A stretch of DNA of 64,000 nt from the NCBI GenBank assembly GCA_026692905.1, contig JAPLNL010000029.1, positions 138,191-202,190 on the forward strand. The letters run 5' to 3'. A program made the position numbers and the translations under genes. This DNA is from Planctomycetota bacterium. Lineage in GTDB: Bacteria; Planctomycetota; Planctomycetia; Pirellulales; Pirellulaceae. Below are positions 1 to 9,590 of this stretch, piece by piece. Positions within the stretch are counted from its first letter, which is position 1. Each line of letters opens with the position of its first letter. Under the pieces are notes generated by a model that saw nothing but the letters and a program-made list of their open reading frames with translations, made no database searches and was not told the DNA's origin.

Positions 1-291
1 AGCCTGGAAGGTTGAGCTGGATAGCAATTTCCAAATCCCAACCGGAGGATTTTGTGCAGTATTCATTGCGGTGAAAAATCAAGCAGGAGAAGTGATTTCC
101 AAAGTGACGTAATGTCTTGCTTGCTTGATTCGTCCCGAGATCCCTTCTCGCTTGCACGGACGTATCTTATGCATCAGACATCCACTAAGTCTAGGTTTTT
201 TAAAGCGAAAATTCAATATTTTCCAGGCCCCTTAGCATGCAATGTCTCCATGGATGTGAATGCAAGCGAGTTGGGAATTTAGTCGTGCGAT

Positions 292-490
292 GGATTCACT
301 AGCTTGCGCGTCGTGCTGGGGATTCACTAGCTTGCGCGTCGTGCTAGGGATTCACTTGCTTGCGCGTCGTGCTGGGATTCACTAGCTTGCGCGGCGTGCT
401 AGGGATTCACTAGCTTGCGCGTCGTGCTGGGATTCACTAGCTTGCGCGTCGTGCTAGGGATTCACTAGCTTGCGCGTCGTGCTAGGGTAG
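292..490. repeat. Tandem array, about 7 x 29-31 bp unit GATTCACTAGCTTGCGCGTCGTGCTAGGG (repeat family A)
   Basis: Direct head-to-tail copies with no spacers, read directly in the sequence. The core CACTAGCTTGCGCGTCGTGCTA recurs at four other loci. Confidence 0.9.
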
Positions 491-1258
491 GTTTTTGTTC
501 AACGCTTCCTTGAGGAGGCCAGACCAAATGGCGTAACCGTCCTTGTTTTGATGCAACATGTCTTTGACAAACAACTCGGGCATGGGTTCTCCCTTTGCAT
601 CCAAGTATTTGGATTGGGTAGCGACAAAGTAAGTTTTGGACTCCGGTGAGCAAAGATTTTCTAACGATTGGTTGGCCATGGCTATGGTTGGCCAAGTTGG
701 GAATCGCGAAGGACAGGGAGTGATCGCAATGAGGAAAACAGGAGCCGCCGGATTCTCTTTCCGAACGGCATCGATCACGATTTTTGCAAGTCGAGCCACT
801 TCCTCTGGACTCTTGTCTTTTTCTTTGCCTACGATGTCGTTAGCCACAAAAATCATGGCCGCACGGAATTGAAGCCCTTCGATCAATTTCGGCGCATGGA
901 TCGCAAGGTCACAGAACTTCGCACCGCCATATGCGCGACGAACCACCGAGAACGGGGCCATGTCGTCTGAAATCGAATCCCAGAGGCGGAAGCTGGAGCT
1001 GCCCATGCAAAGGATCGTTTCTGGACCTCCCTGGGATGCATTGCCGGCGGACAACTTAGCAACCTCTGGCTCCCATTTGGCGGCATCCTCGGCGTACTTT
1101 GTAAGATCAAGTTTTGCGATTCGCTCCGTCGAAGTAATCTTGCCCGTAGGCTTTTCCTGCGCAAAAGCAGTTTCGATGCTCCCGGGAGCAAAAAGGAGCA
1201 GCACTCCCATAAAATAACAGGGAATCATTCGAATCTTCCGTGGCAAACTAGTTCTCAT
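482..1258 (-). CDS. Secreted SGNH/GDSL-family hydrolase (esterase/lipase-like)
   Basis: Signal peptide; catalytic blocks GSSS (Ser), GxND (FVANDIVG) and DxxH (DMLH). Confidence 0.65.
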   Translation of the reverse strand: MRTSLPRKIRMIPCYFMGVLLLFAPGSIETAFAQEKPTGKITSTERIAKLDLTKYAEDAAKWEPEVAKLSAGNASQGGPETILCMGSSSFRLWDSISDDMAPFSVVRRAYGGAKFCDLAIHAPKLIEGLQFRAAMIFVANDIVGKEKDKSPEEVARLAKIVIDAVRKENPAAPVFLIAITPCPSRFPTWPTIAMANQSLENLCSPESKTYFVATQSKYLDAKGEPMPELFVKDMLHQNKDGYAIWSGLLKEALNKNLP

Positions 1259-1923
1259 GGTGTGATTACTTTTCTTTCAATGAGCATCTCAATGACTTGC
1301 TCAGCCAAAACATCAGGCGGTTGGGATGCGCCGGCAAGCTCAAGATCTGCCGATTCTGGCGGTTCGTATGGATCGCTAATTCCGGTGAAGTTCTTGATTT
1401 TACCTTGCAACGCAAGCTGATAAAGCCCCTTAGGATCGCGCTCGATGCACGTCTCAAGTGGTGTATTGACGAAGACCTCTAGGAAGTCCCCTTTCTCGCC
1501 TTGGGATTCGACCCAGTGACGAACACGATTTCGGTCGATTCGATAGGGGCTGACGAAGGCGGTCAAGCAAATCAGCCCAGCCGAAGCAAAAAGCTCCGTG
1601 ATCGCGCCAACGCGGCGAATATTTTCTTCGCGATCCTGCTGTCCAAATCCGAGTCCAAAACGAGTTGCAAACTCTTTGCCATGAACTTGCTCGAGTAGAT
1701 TGGGGCCAGCGCACAATCCGTGGCGAACGTTGTCGCCATCCAACAAAAAGGTGTGAGCCCCCCGCTCAAACAACTTTTGCTCGACAAGGTTCGCAACGGT
1801 GCTCTTCCCTGAACCGCTTAAGCCCGTGAACCAAACCACGCACCCACGATGCCTATGTCGTTCTATGCGTTGCTGCTTGGTAATGGACTGGTCATGCCAA
1901 ACAACATGCGGGTCTTGAGTCAT
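1255..1923 (-). CDS. cysC: Adenylyl-sulfate kinase (APS kinase)
   Basis: P-loop FTGLSGSGKST and the LLDGDNVRHGL motif; the whole length is consistent with the family. Confidence 0.9.
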   Translation of the reverse strand: MTQDPHVVWHDQSITKQQRIERHRHRGCVVWFTGLSGSGKSTVANLVEQKLFERGAHTFLLDGDNVRHGLCAGPNLLEQVHGKEFATRFGLGFGQQDREENIRRVGAITELFASAGLICLTAFVSPYRIDRNRVRHWVESQGEKGDFLEVFVNTPLETCIERDPKGLYQLALQGKIKNFTGISDPYEPPESADLELAGASQPPDVLAEQVIEMLIERKVITP

Positions 1924-2124
1924 GGATGATTCTCGAAAATCGCGAACAATGTGGGCAAGTATTATGAGTGCAAGTTAGGGAATGTACGAAACCTTAGCCA
2001 TCCTAACCAACAATTGCAGGAACGAAATAGCCAGAATCGCTATCCCTGTTAGAAACTTTTTAGAGAAGCTAAGTCACGTTCTATGCGACGCACTCACCGA
2101 TGGCTGGCGACTTGTTGCTTTCGT

Positions 2125-2191
2125 CGTTTAACGGTCAGCCGTAGGAGTACCGCGTTCTTTCGGCAGTAAGCCTCGGCTGACTGTGAAACAG
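2125..2191. repeat. Palindromic element, family C (GTTTAACNGTCAGCCG...CGGCTGACTGTNAAAC)
   Basis: Imperfect inverted repeat. Related copies lie at 13956-14023 and 49205-49270. Confidence 0.7.
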
Positions 2192-2242
2192 AGTCCCGTC
2201 ACCGGACGGCTCGCGCCGTGGACATGGAATGAGCCTGCTCCT

Positions 2243-5200
2243 TTAGACGCTTGAGGCCAAAAACAATCGCTTCGAGAATATCGGCACGCCTGTGTGGTTG
2301 CTCGGATCGGTATCTGTTGGGGCCGTTAGACCGACGATCGTCGTACCGGTCGAGTCGACTGGAGTTCCAGTAACCGTCGACAAATTCGTATACAAACCGG
2401 TCGTGACCGTTCGAGTCGCTTGGTAAGTCCACGTTTCATTGGTATCGAGCCGACCGTTGCTATTTAAATCACCACTAACAAACGCTGCATTAAAGTCGTC
2501 TGCGGTGTTTCCCGTCGTACCGTTGTCGTCTCGCACCGAGACTGATCCTAGAGCCGAATTGCCGGTATTGGTTACAACATAAGTAAAGGTTGCTGTGCTA
2601 CCGACGGTCAACGAGGGACCAGGCCCTGTGTTCGCATCGACTCCGTTGGTCGATTTGACAACATTGATTCCTGCCGTCGCACCAAAGTGGTTGCTTGGGT
2701 CGGTATCTGTCACGGCAGCTGCCCCCCCGATTGCTGTGCCCGTCGAGTCAACCGGATTGGCGGACACGCGACCGATGTTGGAGTATTGACCTGCTGTTAC
2801 AACGCGTGTTGCTTGGTATGTCCAAGTTTCATTGGTATCCAATCTGCCATTGCTATTCGCGTCGCCACTTTGCAAGACCGGAACAAGGTCATCTGTGGTT
2901 ACTGTTGGAGTCCCATTATCATCACCGACCACGACCGTTCCAAGAGGGGTTGAACCTAAGTTCGTCACCACGTACGTGAAAGTCGCATTTGCTCCAACCG
3001 CAAGCACCGGCCCGGTACCTGTGTTCGCGTCTTGTCCGTTCGTGGACTTTACAATGTTGATGCCCGCCGTAATACCAAAGTAATTGGCTGGGTCCGTGTC
3101 GGTAACTGCGGTGAGCCCTACGATGGCAGTACCCGTGCTGTCAACTGGCGTTCCTCTTACGGTGCCAATGTTGGAGTACTGGCCAGCAACAACAGTTCTT
3201 GTCGCTTGAAAAGTCCAAGTTTCCGTGGTTTCCATTCTGCCGTTGCTGTTCGTATCGCCGCTTTGCAGTGTCGCAATGAAGTCGTCAGCCGTATTTCCAG
3301 TTGTTCCATTGTCATCGCTGATTCCAACCGTGCCTAATGTTGCACCGCCCGTGTTGGTTACCACGTACGTAAAGGTTGCCGTCGCACCCACCACAAGACT
3401 TGGTCCTGTTGTCGTGTTTGCATCTTGGCCGTTTACGGACTTAACCACGTTGACTGCCGCAGTCACACCGATGTAGTTTGCTGGGTCCGTGTCGCTCTGT
3501 TGTTGGAAGCCGGCGATAGCGGTTCCCGTGGAATCAACCGGAGTACCTGTGACAGAGCCAATGTTCGTGTACTGTCCGGCGGTTACAGTTCGAATCGCTT
3601 GGTATGTCCAGGTTTCGCCTGTATCGAGACGATTGTTGGAATTCGCATCGCCCGACTGAAGGGTTGGGCTGAAGTCGTCCGCCGTGTTTCCCGTAGTACC
3701 GTTGTCGTCGCGAACGACAACCGTTCCAATCGCAACGTTACCTGTATTGGTCAATACATAAGTAAACGTGGCATTGGCTCCGACACCCAGCGTAGGCCCC
3801 GTCGTCGTGTTCGCATCCAGAGTATTCACCGACTTGACCAGATTGATGCCGGTCGTTACACCAAAATGATTGCTTGGATCCGTATCCGTTGGGGCAGTAA
3901 TCGAGGGAATCGCAGTCCCTGTGGAATCCACGGGTGTTCCGGTAACCGTGGCTATATTGGTGTACTGGCCAGCGGTGACCACTCGCGTCGCTTGATAGGT
4001 CCAAGTCTCCGTCGTATCCAGTCGACCGTTGGAGTTGGCGTCGCCAGACTGAAGCGTTGCATTAAAATCGTCCGCCGTGTTTCCGGTTGTACCGTTATCG
4101 TCTCGAACAACCACCGTACCCAAGGCGACGTTTCCTGTGTTGGTAACAACGTAGGTAAATGTCGCTGTAGCGGCAACAGCCAGCAAAGGTCCTGTGGATG
4201 TGTTAGCGTCCTGGCCATTGGTTGACTTAACAACATTGACGCCTGCAGTAACACCAAAATGGTTGCTCGGATCGGTGTCGGTAACCGTATTGGTCGATGG
4301 GTCCAAGGCGGTGACGGTTCCGATGTTGGTGTACTGCCCAGCGGTTACAACGCGAGTTGCGGTATAAGTCCAAGTTTCTGTCGTTTCGAGAATGTTATTC
4401 GAATTGGCATCGCCAGAAGTAAATGTGGGGGTAATGTCGTCCGCTGTGTTACCGGTTGTTCCATTGTCATCTCGAACGACCACCGTGGAAAGTGCAACGC
4501 CACCTGTGTTGGTGACAACATAAGTGAATGTGGCGGTCGATCCTACTGCCAACAATGGTCCCGTTGTCGTGTTGGCGTCCTGGCCGTTCGTTGACTTAAC
4601 TATCTGAATACTTGCCGTTGTGTTTCGCAAGTTGGAGGTGATAGTGGTTGGACGTAAGCTTTGAACGACAGTGACGGTTGCTTGCAGTTCAACGACGCCG
4701 TTAATCAGAACCTCGATAGCACCGACCGAATTAAAATTAGCGCCCGCACCACCACCTGTGGTGAATGTGGAGAAAGGAACAAAGATTGGTTCGGGTGTTG
4801 TTTGCGCAGGTATGTTAACGGTGGAGGTCGAGAAATCCGTGGCGTTGGAATAAACTCTCACAACGGCAGTACCGCCTGCGTTGTCCCCACGTGTCGAAAG
4901 TTGTAACCCCGCGTTTGCATCGGTCCCATTCAGCGTTATCGCGCCGAGACCAGTCGCGTTCAAGGTGCTCGTTCCATCTACACCGTCATACTGTAACAGT
5001 GCATTTCCTAAAACTTGCAAATTGGAGCTGAACGACAGCGTCGAAATCGAGGGGATAACATCGAGTTGTACCGCTTGAACTCCGCTTGTGTAAGTTAGCC
5101 GAATATCTCGTTCGCCACCAACAATCGACGCATTTGATGCAGAGCCATTGACAACGGGGGTCACGCTGTCCGCGGACAGACTCTGGGCTCCGCCGCTAAA

Positions 5201-5695
5201 CGGATCGATGACTTGCACTGGAGTTCCATTTCGATCTCCAGCAGAAACAGTAACAAGTGTTGGTGTTGTCGGTGGGTTAAAGCTTGCGATCGGCAATTGC
5301 TTTACGAAATAGTTGCCTGCCGTCAGGGTGTTTGCGGCCAATGCGCCACCGGCATTCGTGCTCGCAAAACGGTACACGCCTGTCGTCGCGTTGGTCGTTG
5401 CCGTCCCAAGTAATACATCTGTTCCCGATTCAAACGTGCCATTCGTATTGGTATCGCGGAACAGTTGCACTGTAGCGCCGCCCACGCGTGTGTCATCGCC
5501 AGTGAGGCCGTTGCCCGTCAAGTCCACGAACGACGTACCGCTAATGACAGCAAGGTCAATTGCCATCAAAGATCGACCTTCGAGTGTTTCGAGTTGGAGA
5601 GCGCGGCGATTGCGTTCGCGGGTACGATCGCTGGTTCGTTTGTTGAGTTTTAGACTATCCAATACACTCTTCAGAAAGCTCGCCATTATCCCCAC
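2243..5695 (-). CDS. Giant secreted repeat protein with 7 tandem DUF11-like repeats of about 130 aa (adhesin/surface protein)
   Basis: Repeats of the form VVKSTNGQDANTTTGP...FTYVVTNTG...VVVRDDNGTTGNTADD...TDTDPSNHFGVT. The N-terminus carries an RR...LETLEGRSLMA motif resembling the planctomycete N-terminal export motif. The DNA shows a period of about 390 bp. Confidence 0.8.
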   Translation of the reverse strand: MGIMASFLKSVLDSLKLNKRTSDRTRERNRRALQLETLEGRSLMAIDLAVISGTSFVDLTGNGLTGDDTRVGGATVQLFRDTNTNGTFESGTDVLLGTATTNATTGVYRFASTNAGGALAANTLTAGNYFVKQLPIASFNPPTTPTLVTVSAGDRNGTPVQVIDPFSGGAQSLSADSVTPVVNGSASNASIVGGERDIRLTYTSGVQAVQLDVIPSISTLSFSSNLQVLGNALLQYDGVDGTSTLNATGLGAITLNGTDANAGLQLSTRGDNAGGTAVVRVYSNATDFSTSTVNIPAQTTPEPIFVPFSTFTTGGGAGANFNSVGAIEVLINGVVELQATVTVVQSLRPTTITSNLRNTTASIQIVKSTNGQDANTTTGPLLAVGSTATFTYVVTNTGGVALSTVVVRDDNGTTGNTADDITPTFTSGDANSNNILETTETWTYTATRVVTAGQYTNIGTVTALDPSTNTVTDTDPSNHFGVTAGVNVVKSTNGQDANTSTGPLLAVAATATFTYVVTNTGNVALGTVVVRDDNGTTGNTADDFNATLQSGDANSNGRLDTTETWTYQATRVVTAGQYTNIATVTGTPVDSTGTAIPSITAPTDTDPSNHFGVTTGINLVKSVNTLDANTTTGPTLGVGANATFTYVLTNTGNVAIGTVVVRDDNGTTGNTADDFSPTLQSGDANSNNRLDTGETWTYQAIRTVTAGQYTNIGSVTGTPVDSTGTAIAGFQQQSDTDPANYIGVTAAVNVVKSVNGQDANTTTGPSLVVGATATFTYVVTNTGGATLGTVGISDDNGTTGNTADDFIATLQSGDTNSNGRMETTETWTFQATRTVVAGQYSNIGTVRGTPVDSTGTAIVGLTAVTDTDPANYFGITAGINIVKSTNGQDANTGTGPVLAVGANATFTYVVTNLGSTPLGTVVVGDDNGTPTVTTDDLVPVLQSGDANSNGRLDTNETWTYQATRVVTAGQYSNIGRVSANPVDSTGTAIGGAAAVTDTDPSNHFGATAGINVVKSTNGVDANTGPGPSLTVGSTATFTYVVTNTGNSALGSVSVRDDNGTTGNTADDFNAAFVSGDLNSNGRLDTNETWTYQATRTVTTGLYTNLSTVTGTPVDSTGTTIVGLTAPTDTDPSNHTGVPIFSKRLFLASSV

Positions 5696-5956
5696 TCCAT
5701 CAAATTGTTAGCTTAGCCAGTCTCAAAGATTATGGCTCTATCCAGTTAATCGGTCTTTCTGGCTGGAATCTTGGATCAAGTAACCGGACAAAATGGATTG
5801 TGTTTGAATCTCTTGGTAAGTCAGGTAAGCTCTTACGGCTGAGCAGATCAAGCAACTCATGTCCAAAATAGCAGCAAACAAGTCCACCATAAAAGAAAAG
5901 CGGCACTGATGTGTACCGCTTTTGTAGAACCAATGTCTGGCCGTGTCGGCTAGCGT

Positions 5957-7513
5957 TTACCAGCGATACTCGCCACCGAGGCTCAAGCCTTGAACCCAGT
6001 AATCCGAATCCTGGAACGCGAAGCGAGGATTCAGGTGTGATGTTTGGGTCGGATTCTCTGGCGGTAGTAAGTTAGGATTGACCGTAGTATCGACTTGGTC
6101 TCCTGGTCGTACCACGTTGCTCCAGTAGATAAAGGAGTAGCCTGCTGTCAGACGCAAGCGTTGAGTCCATTGGTAGCCAAGCGTTGCACCCAACTCAGGT
6201 ACGACTCCAAATTGATTTCGCACGAAGGTACCGCTATTGGTTCGTTGAGCTAGCAATCCGCCATTGTTGTTTGTCGTCACGCCGTTCTGTGTAATCAGCG
6301 TCGTTCCGTTGATCCCCACTTCCTGGCGAGTGTTACCCAGCCCCATTCGCATCAGTGTATCAAGCGACCAATAACCTCGTCGGCCCATCCAATGTACGCC
6401 GATTTCGGCACCATTGAATTGATTGCGAGTTCGGAAATTGTCGTTGATGACGAAGCTTCCTTGGTTGTTTGTCAGCGAAGTTAGGTCTTCCTGGATACCG
6501 AGGGTTTCTTTTAGTTGCAAAAATCTCCAACCTACAGTCGCATCGATCCGTGATTGGCAAGGGACAGGACCACAGGAGAGGGGTGAAAATCCGCAACCAC
6601 TGCTGCAGCACAGCAATCTTCGGAATCGAACCGCTGAACCGTCCAGTTTCGAGGTTGCCGTCGAGCGAATTCGCCCCGACAAGACTCCGGGGTACGATAC
6701 CAATTCAGAATCTTCGAGACCGGTGATATCGTTGTAAAAGGGGCGTGCCAAAATCGAAGCACCGTTGGATTGTCTGTCAAAGCTCTCCGTCTTGGTCCCA
6801 AAACCGAAGTACTCACCTTCGACGCCCAGGTTGGGATTGTTAGCAAACCACCAACCGAATCGGACTCGCGTTCCGCTCATGCGATCATCGAGTATGTTGT
6901 TATTGCCGCCGTAGAGGGTGCTCGTAGTCGAAAGTCCTAGCACACCTGCTTGGGCCTGTGGTGTCGTAGCTGGCGAGGAGGTGGTTACCAAAGCAGGAGT
7001 ATTCATCCCGTTTTGAAGCCAACTCAAATACTCAACGCTAACCCAACCGTGGGAAGGAAGTCCGATGCATAACTGTCGTCCGCCCAAACCTGCTGGATTG
7101 CAGAGGTCGAATCCCATGCCCGAGCCGCAAAGGTCGCCACATGTATCGTTACAACTGCTGCAACCACCGCCTCCACAGCTCGCACAGCCTCCGCCTATCT
7201 CCGCAAGTCCTTCGTTTGGATCATAGGATTCGCCGAGCACCACGCTTTCCGGCGCTTCTTCGTACATCACTTCGTCAGCGTCTTGAATGATGTTTTGTTG
7301 GGATACGAGTTTGCCAACCGGCCGCGATGGTCGTGGAACTGCAGATGATCTTGCAGGCACCACTGTCGAGTGCGCGACCCGAACGGCGGCATTGCCCGAA
7401 CGTCCTTGGTTTTGGCCGAAGGCGTTGCTACCTGCGACGGAAGTCCCAATGAGTAAGAGGAGGGTGAAGCGGTTCACGACTGTATCTTCCATGTTTTGAG
7501 GCCGGATACTCAC
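5957..7513 (-). CDS. Putative outer-membrane beta-barrel protein (BBP7-like) with a Cys/Gly-rich N-terminal region
   Basis: Signal peptide; Cys/Gly-rich block GGGCASCGGGGCSSCNDTCGDLCGSG; alternating beta-strand-like C-terminal half ending ...GGEYRW with an aromatic terminus. Confidence 0.5.
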   Translation of the reverse strand: MSIRPQNMEDTVVNRFTLLLLIGTSVAGSNAFGQNQGRSGNAAVRVAHSTVVPARSSAVPRPSRPVGKLVSQQNIIQDADEVMYEEAPESVVLGESYDPNEGLAEIGGGCASCGGGGCSSCNDTCGDLCGSGMGFDLCNPAGLGGRQLCIGLPSHGWVSVEYLSWLQNGMNTPALVTTSSPATTPQAQAGVLGLSTTSTLYGGNNNILDDRMSGTRVRFGWWFANNPNLGVEGEYFGFGTKTESFDRQSNGASILARPFYNDITGLEDSELVSYPGVLSGRIRSTATSKLDGSAVRFRRLLCCSSGCGFSPLSCGPVPCQSRIDATVGWRFLQLKETLGIQEDLTSLTNNQGSFVINDNFRTRNQFNGAEIGVHWMGRRGYWSLDTLMRMGLGNTRQEVGINGTTLITQNGVTTNNNGGLLAQRTNSGTFVRNQFGVVPELGATLGYQWTQRLRLTAGYSFIYWSNVVRPGDQVDTTVNPNLLPPENPTQTSHLNPRFAFQDSDYWVQGLSLGGEYRW

Positions 7514-7754
7514 GCCAGACGTGCCTGTCGACGCGAGTGAAATTCTTTACCTAAGCGGAAAACTCTCCCGCTTGGTCAGGTATCGAAATGTTGCCACCGA
7601 ATATTTAGCCTGTTCCGAAAATTTCCCCAAGAAAGAAAGGTCGGCTCAGCCTGCCCGTTTTCGCTAGACCGCCAGCTTGTCCCATTCGGCTTATCTTCGC
7701 TTAACAGTCTCCGTAGGCGAGCGGTGGGTTTCCATTTGCGTAGCACGAATTCAA

Positions 7755-7815
7755 TAGCACGACGCGCAAGCTAGTGGATTGGACAGTAAATTCACTAGCT
7801 TGCGCGTCGGGCTAA
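7755..7815. repeat. Family A hairpin (TAGCACGACGCGCAAGCTAGTG - loop - CACTAGCTTGCGCGTCG)
   Basis: Near-perfect inverted copies of the family A core separated by about 16 nt. Confidence 0.85.
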
Positions 7816-8135
7816 AGTAGGTCCAACTCGATCGCTTCATCAGCCAGGAGGACTGCAATTTCATGGTGGACAACGTAGAACCAACGGCCGTCCTCATTAA
7901 CTAGACCTTGCGTTGGAACTTGGGAAATAGTACGACCCAATACTGTGACGAGTGTGCCCATGCGCGCACGCTCTGCAACTGCATCCAAAACCGCTTGAGA
8001 AGCTTGCAAAAGTTTCGATCCCGACTGCGGGCAACGCAAATATCCAAGGATCCAATCCGGCAAGACTATGTCTCTCAAAAGCTTCGCTGTCTTTTCCATT
8101 TGCTTTGCAACTAGCCTATTCCTTCTCAATTCCAT
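7812..8135 (-). CDS. Trm112-like (DUF343/UPF0434) small protein; start uncertain (longest ORF runs to 8243)
   Basis: LRCPQSG...L and EDGRWFYVVHHEIAVLLADEAIEL match the Trm112 family signature. Confidence 0.5.
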   Translation of the reverse strand: MELRRNRLVAKQMEKTAKLLRDIVLPDWILGYLRCPQSGSKLLQASQAVLDAVAERARMGTLVTVLGRTISQVPTQGLVNEDGRWFYVVHHEIAVLLADEAIELDLL

Positions 8136-9366
8136 TGCGTTTGGAGTCCAAGCCCTCGACCAGGGGCTAAACGCTAATCCGGGCCTCAATTCTAATCCGG
8201 CGCCGAACAAGAGCGACGGGTTTGCCGCGGTAGTCCCTGTCATGACTTTTGTTGATCCGAACAGTGGTCAGTCGTATGGACGTTACGTCACAACCGAAAC
8301 CGTTCCAGACGTGGCCTATTCGTACCAAGTGGTTAAGGAACGAGTTTACGTTCCCACGCAAGTCACGGAAAACAGGAGCTTGGCGGTCGTCAAGTATACT
8401 CCGATTCAGTCGTATCAGTTACAGCTTAAAAATGTTCCTAGCGGGAATCCTTTTGCTTCACCGCAGCAAGTTTGGCAGTATGTTCCCATCGTTCAATTTC
8501 AGCCCAACTACGAATCGGTACCTCAGTCCGTAACGTATGTAAAATACGAGGAGAAGGAAGTCGATCTAAAAATCCCGGTCTTGGCCGCATCGTCCAAACA
8601 AGTTTCTCGATTTGTGGATCGACCGCTTGGTTCAACCCCGAATGGAGGGAACAAGATTGCAGTTGCGCCCACGAACAACATGGGCATCCCAAATTTTAAT
8701 AATCAAAATGTCATTCAGAACGCGGCTCAGATCGCCGAAGCAAATCGAAATACATCTCGTTATCCAACGCGACCAATCGACTATCCTGCATACAACAACT
8801 ACCCTAGTTCCCCCAGCCGAAACCTTGTCGCCCAGGCTCCCGTTCCTTATTACCCCAATCCCGCGATCACGCCCGGCACCAACCCGGCCAATCCAATGCT
8901 TGCCAGCACTGGGACCAACTCTGTCCAGCCGCCAAGCAACACAAGCCCAGCGACTCCATTGCCTCCGAATATGTTACCGGTATCGAACACCATGGCGAGC
9001 AATAACGGCACCCCTGCAGGAGCTTACTCAGCAGCCAGCAATCCGTACTACGCATCAACGCCCTATCAAGCGAATCCCTACGTGAACACCGCACCTCAAC
9101 CGATATTCTATTTCCCCACCTTTGCGACGGGAACGGGTAGCCTTTTTGGGAACAGTGTGTTCACCGACAATCGCAATACCAGTTACGTCGCCTCGAACCC
9201 CTCCGTTTCACAACCGTACTCGGGGGGCACCAGCAGCTCAAACGATCCGACCTTTCGACCCGTAACAAGCCCATACATGGCGCCACAGCAAACTTGGGGG
9301 GGGGCTCCAGAAAATAGCGGTCGCGATCCAATGCAAGGTGGAATGCCTGCTACCGTACTTCGATGA
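8068..9366 (+). CDS. Secreted low-complexity protein, N/P/S/Y-rich C-terminal half
   Basis: Signal peptide MSLKSFAVFSICFATSLFLLNSIAFG; strongly biased composition; ordered N-terminal domain of about 200 aa. Confidence 0.6.
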   Translation: MSLKSFAVFSICFATSLFLLNSIAFGVQALDQGLNANPGLNSNPAPNKSDGFAAVVPVMTFVDPNSGQSYGRYVTTETVPDVAYSYQVVKERVYVPTQVTENRSLAVVKYTPIQSYQLQLKNVPSGNPFASPQQVWQYVPIVQFQPNYESVPQSVTYVKYEEKEVDLKIPVLAASSKQVSRFVDRPLGSTPNGGNKIAVAPTNNMGIPNFNNQNVIQNAAQIAEANRNTSRYPTRPIDYPAYNNYPSSPSRNLVAQAPVPYYPNPAITPGTNPANPMLASTGTNSVQPPSNTSPATPLPPNMLPVSNTMASNNGTPAGAYSAASNPYYASTPYQANPYVNTAPQPIFYFPTFATGTGSLFGNSVFTDNRNTSYVASNPSVSQPYSGGTSSSNDPTFRPVTSPYMAPQQTWGGAPENSGRDPMQGGMPATVLR

Positions 9367-9590
9367 GATAAACGGTTTGTTTCAAACGCTTTTTGGCACT
9401 TTGCGATGATTTTGAGGGCTCTTCATCGACACGAATTGAGAGTCGACCGACTTGGGATTTTCAAATTGCCCGTGCAGGAAAAGGATGGACGACAATCCTT
9501 TTGCACTTCATGAACGGCTTTCTTTCTGCAAGCGTGTGGTCATACTAAGACTCCGATATCTAAGTTGACTTTCCACGTTTAGGGCCATCC

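Noticed and set aside
52-282. 76-aa plus-strand ORF at the window start.
   Set aside because: No recognisable motif or ribosome-binding site, and it is followed by the repeat array. Insufficient support.
292-490. Possible CRISPR array (regular 29-31 bp repeats). The same was considered for 54939-55075 and 46983-47102.
   Set aside because: Units abut each other with no unique spacer sequences. No cas genes are in the window. The same core occurs singly and as hairpins elsewhere, so these are tandem satellite-like repeats.
3425-4225. Long plus-strand ORFs (266 aa and others) inside the DUF11 gene.
   Set aside because: They lie antisense to a well-supported 1150-aa repeat protein. Their periodic, low-complexity translation follows the DNA repeat, which is a typical spurious-ORF pattern.
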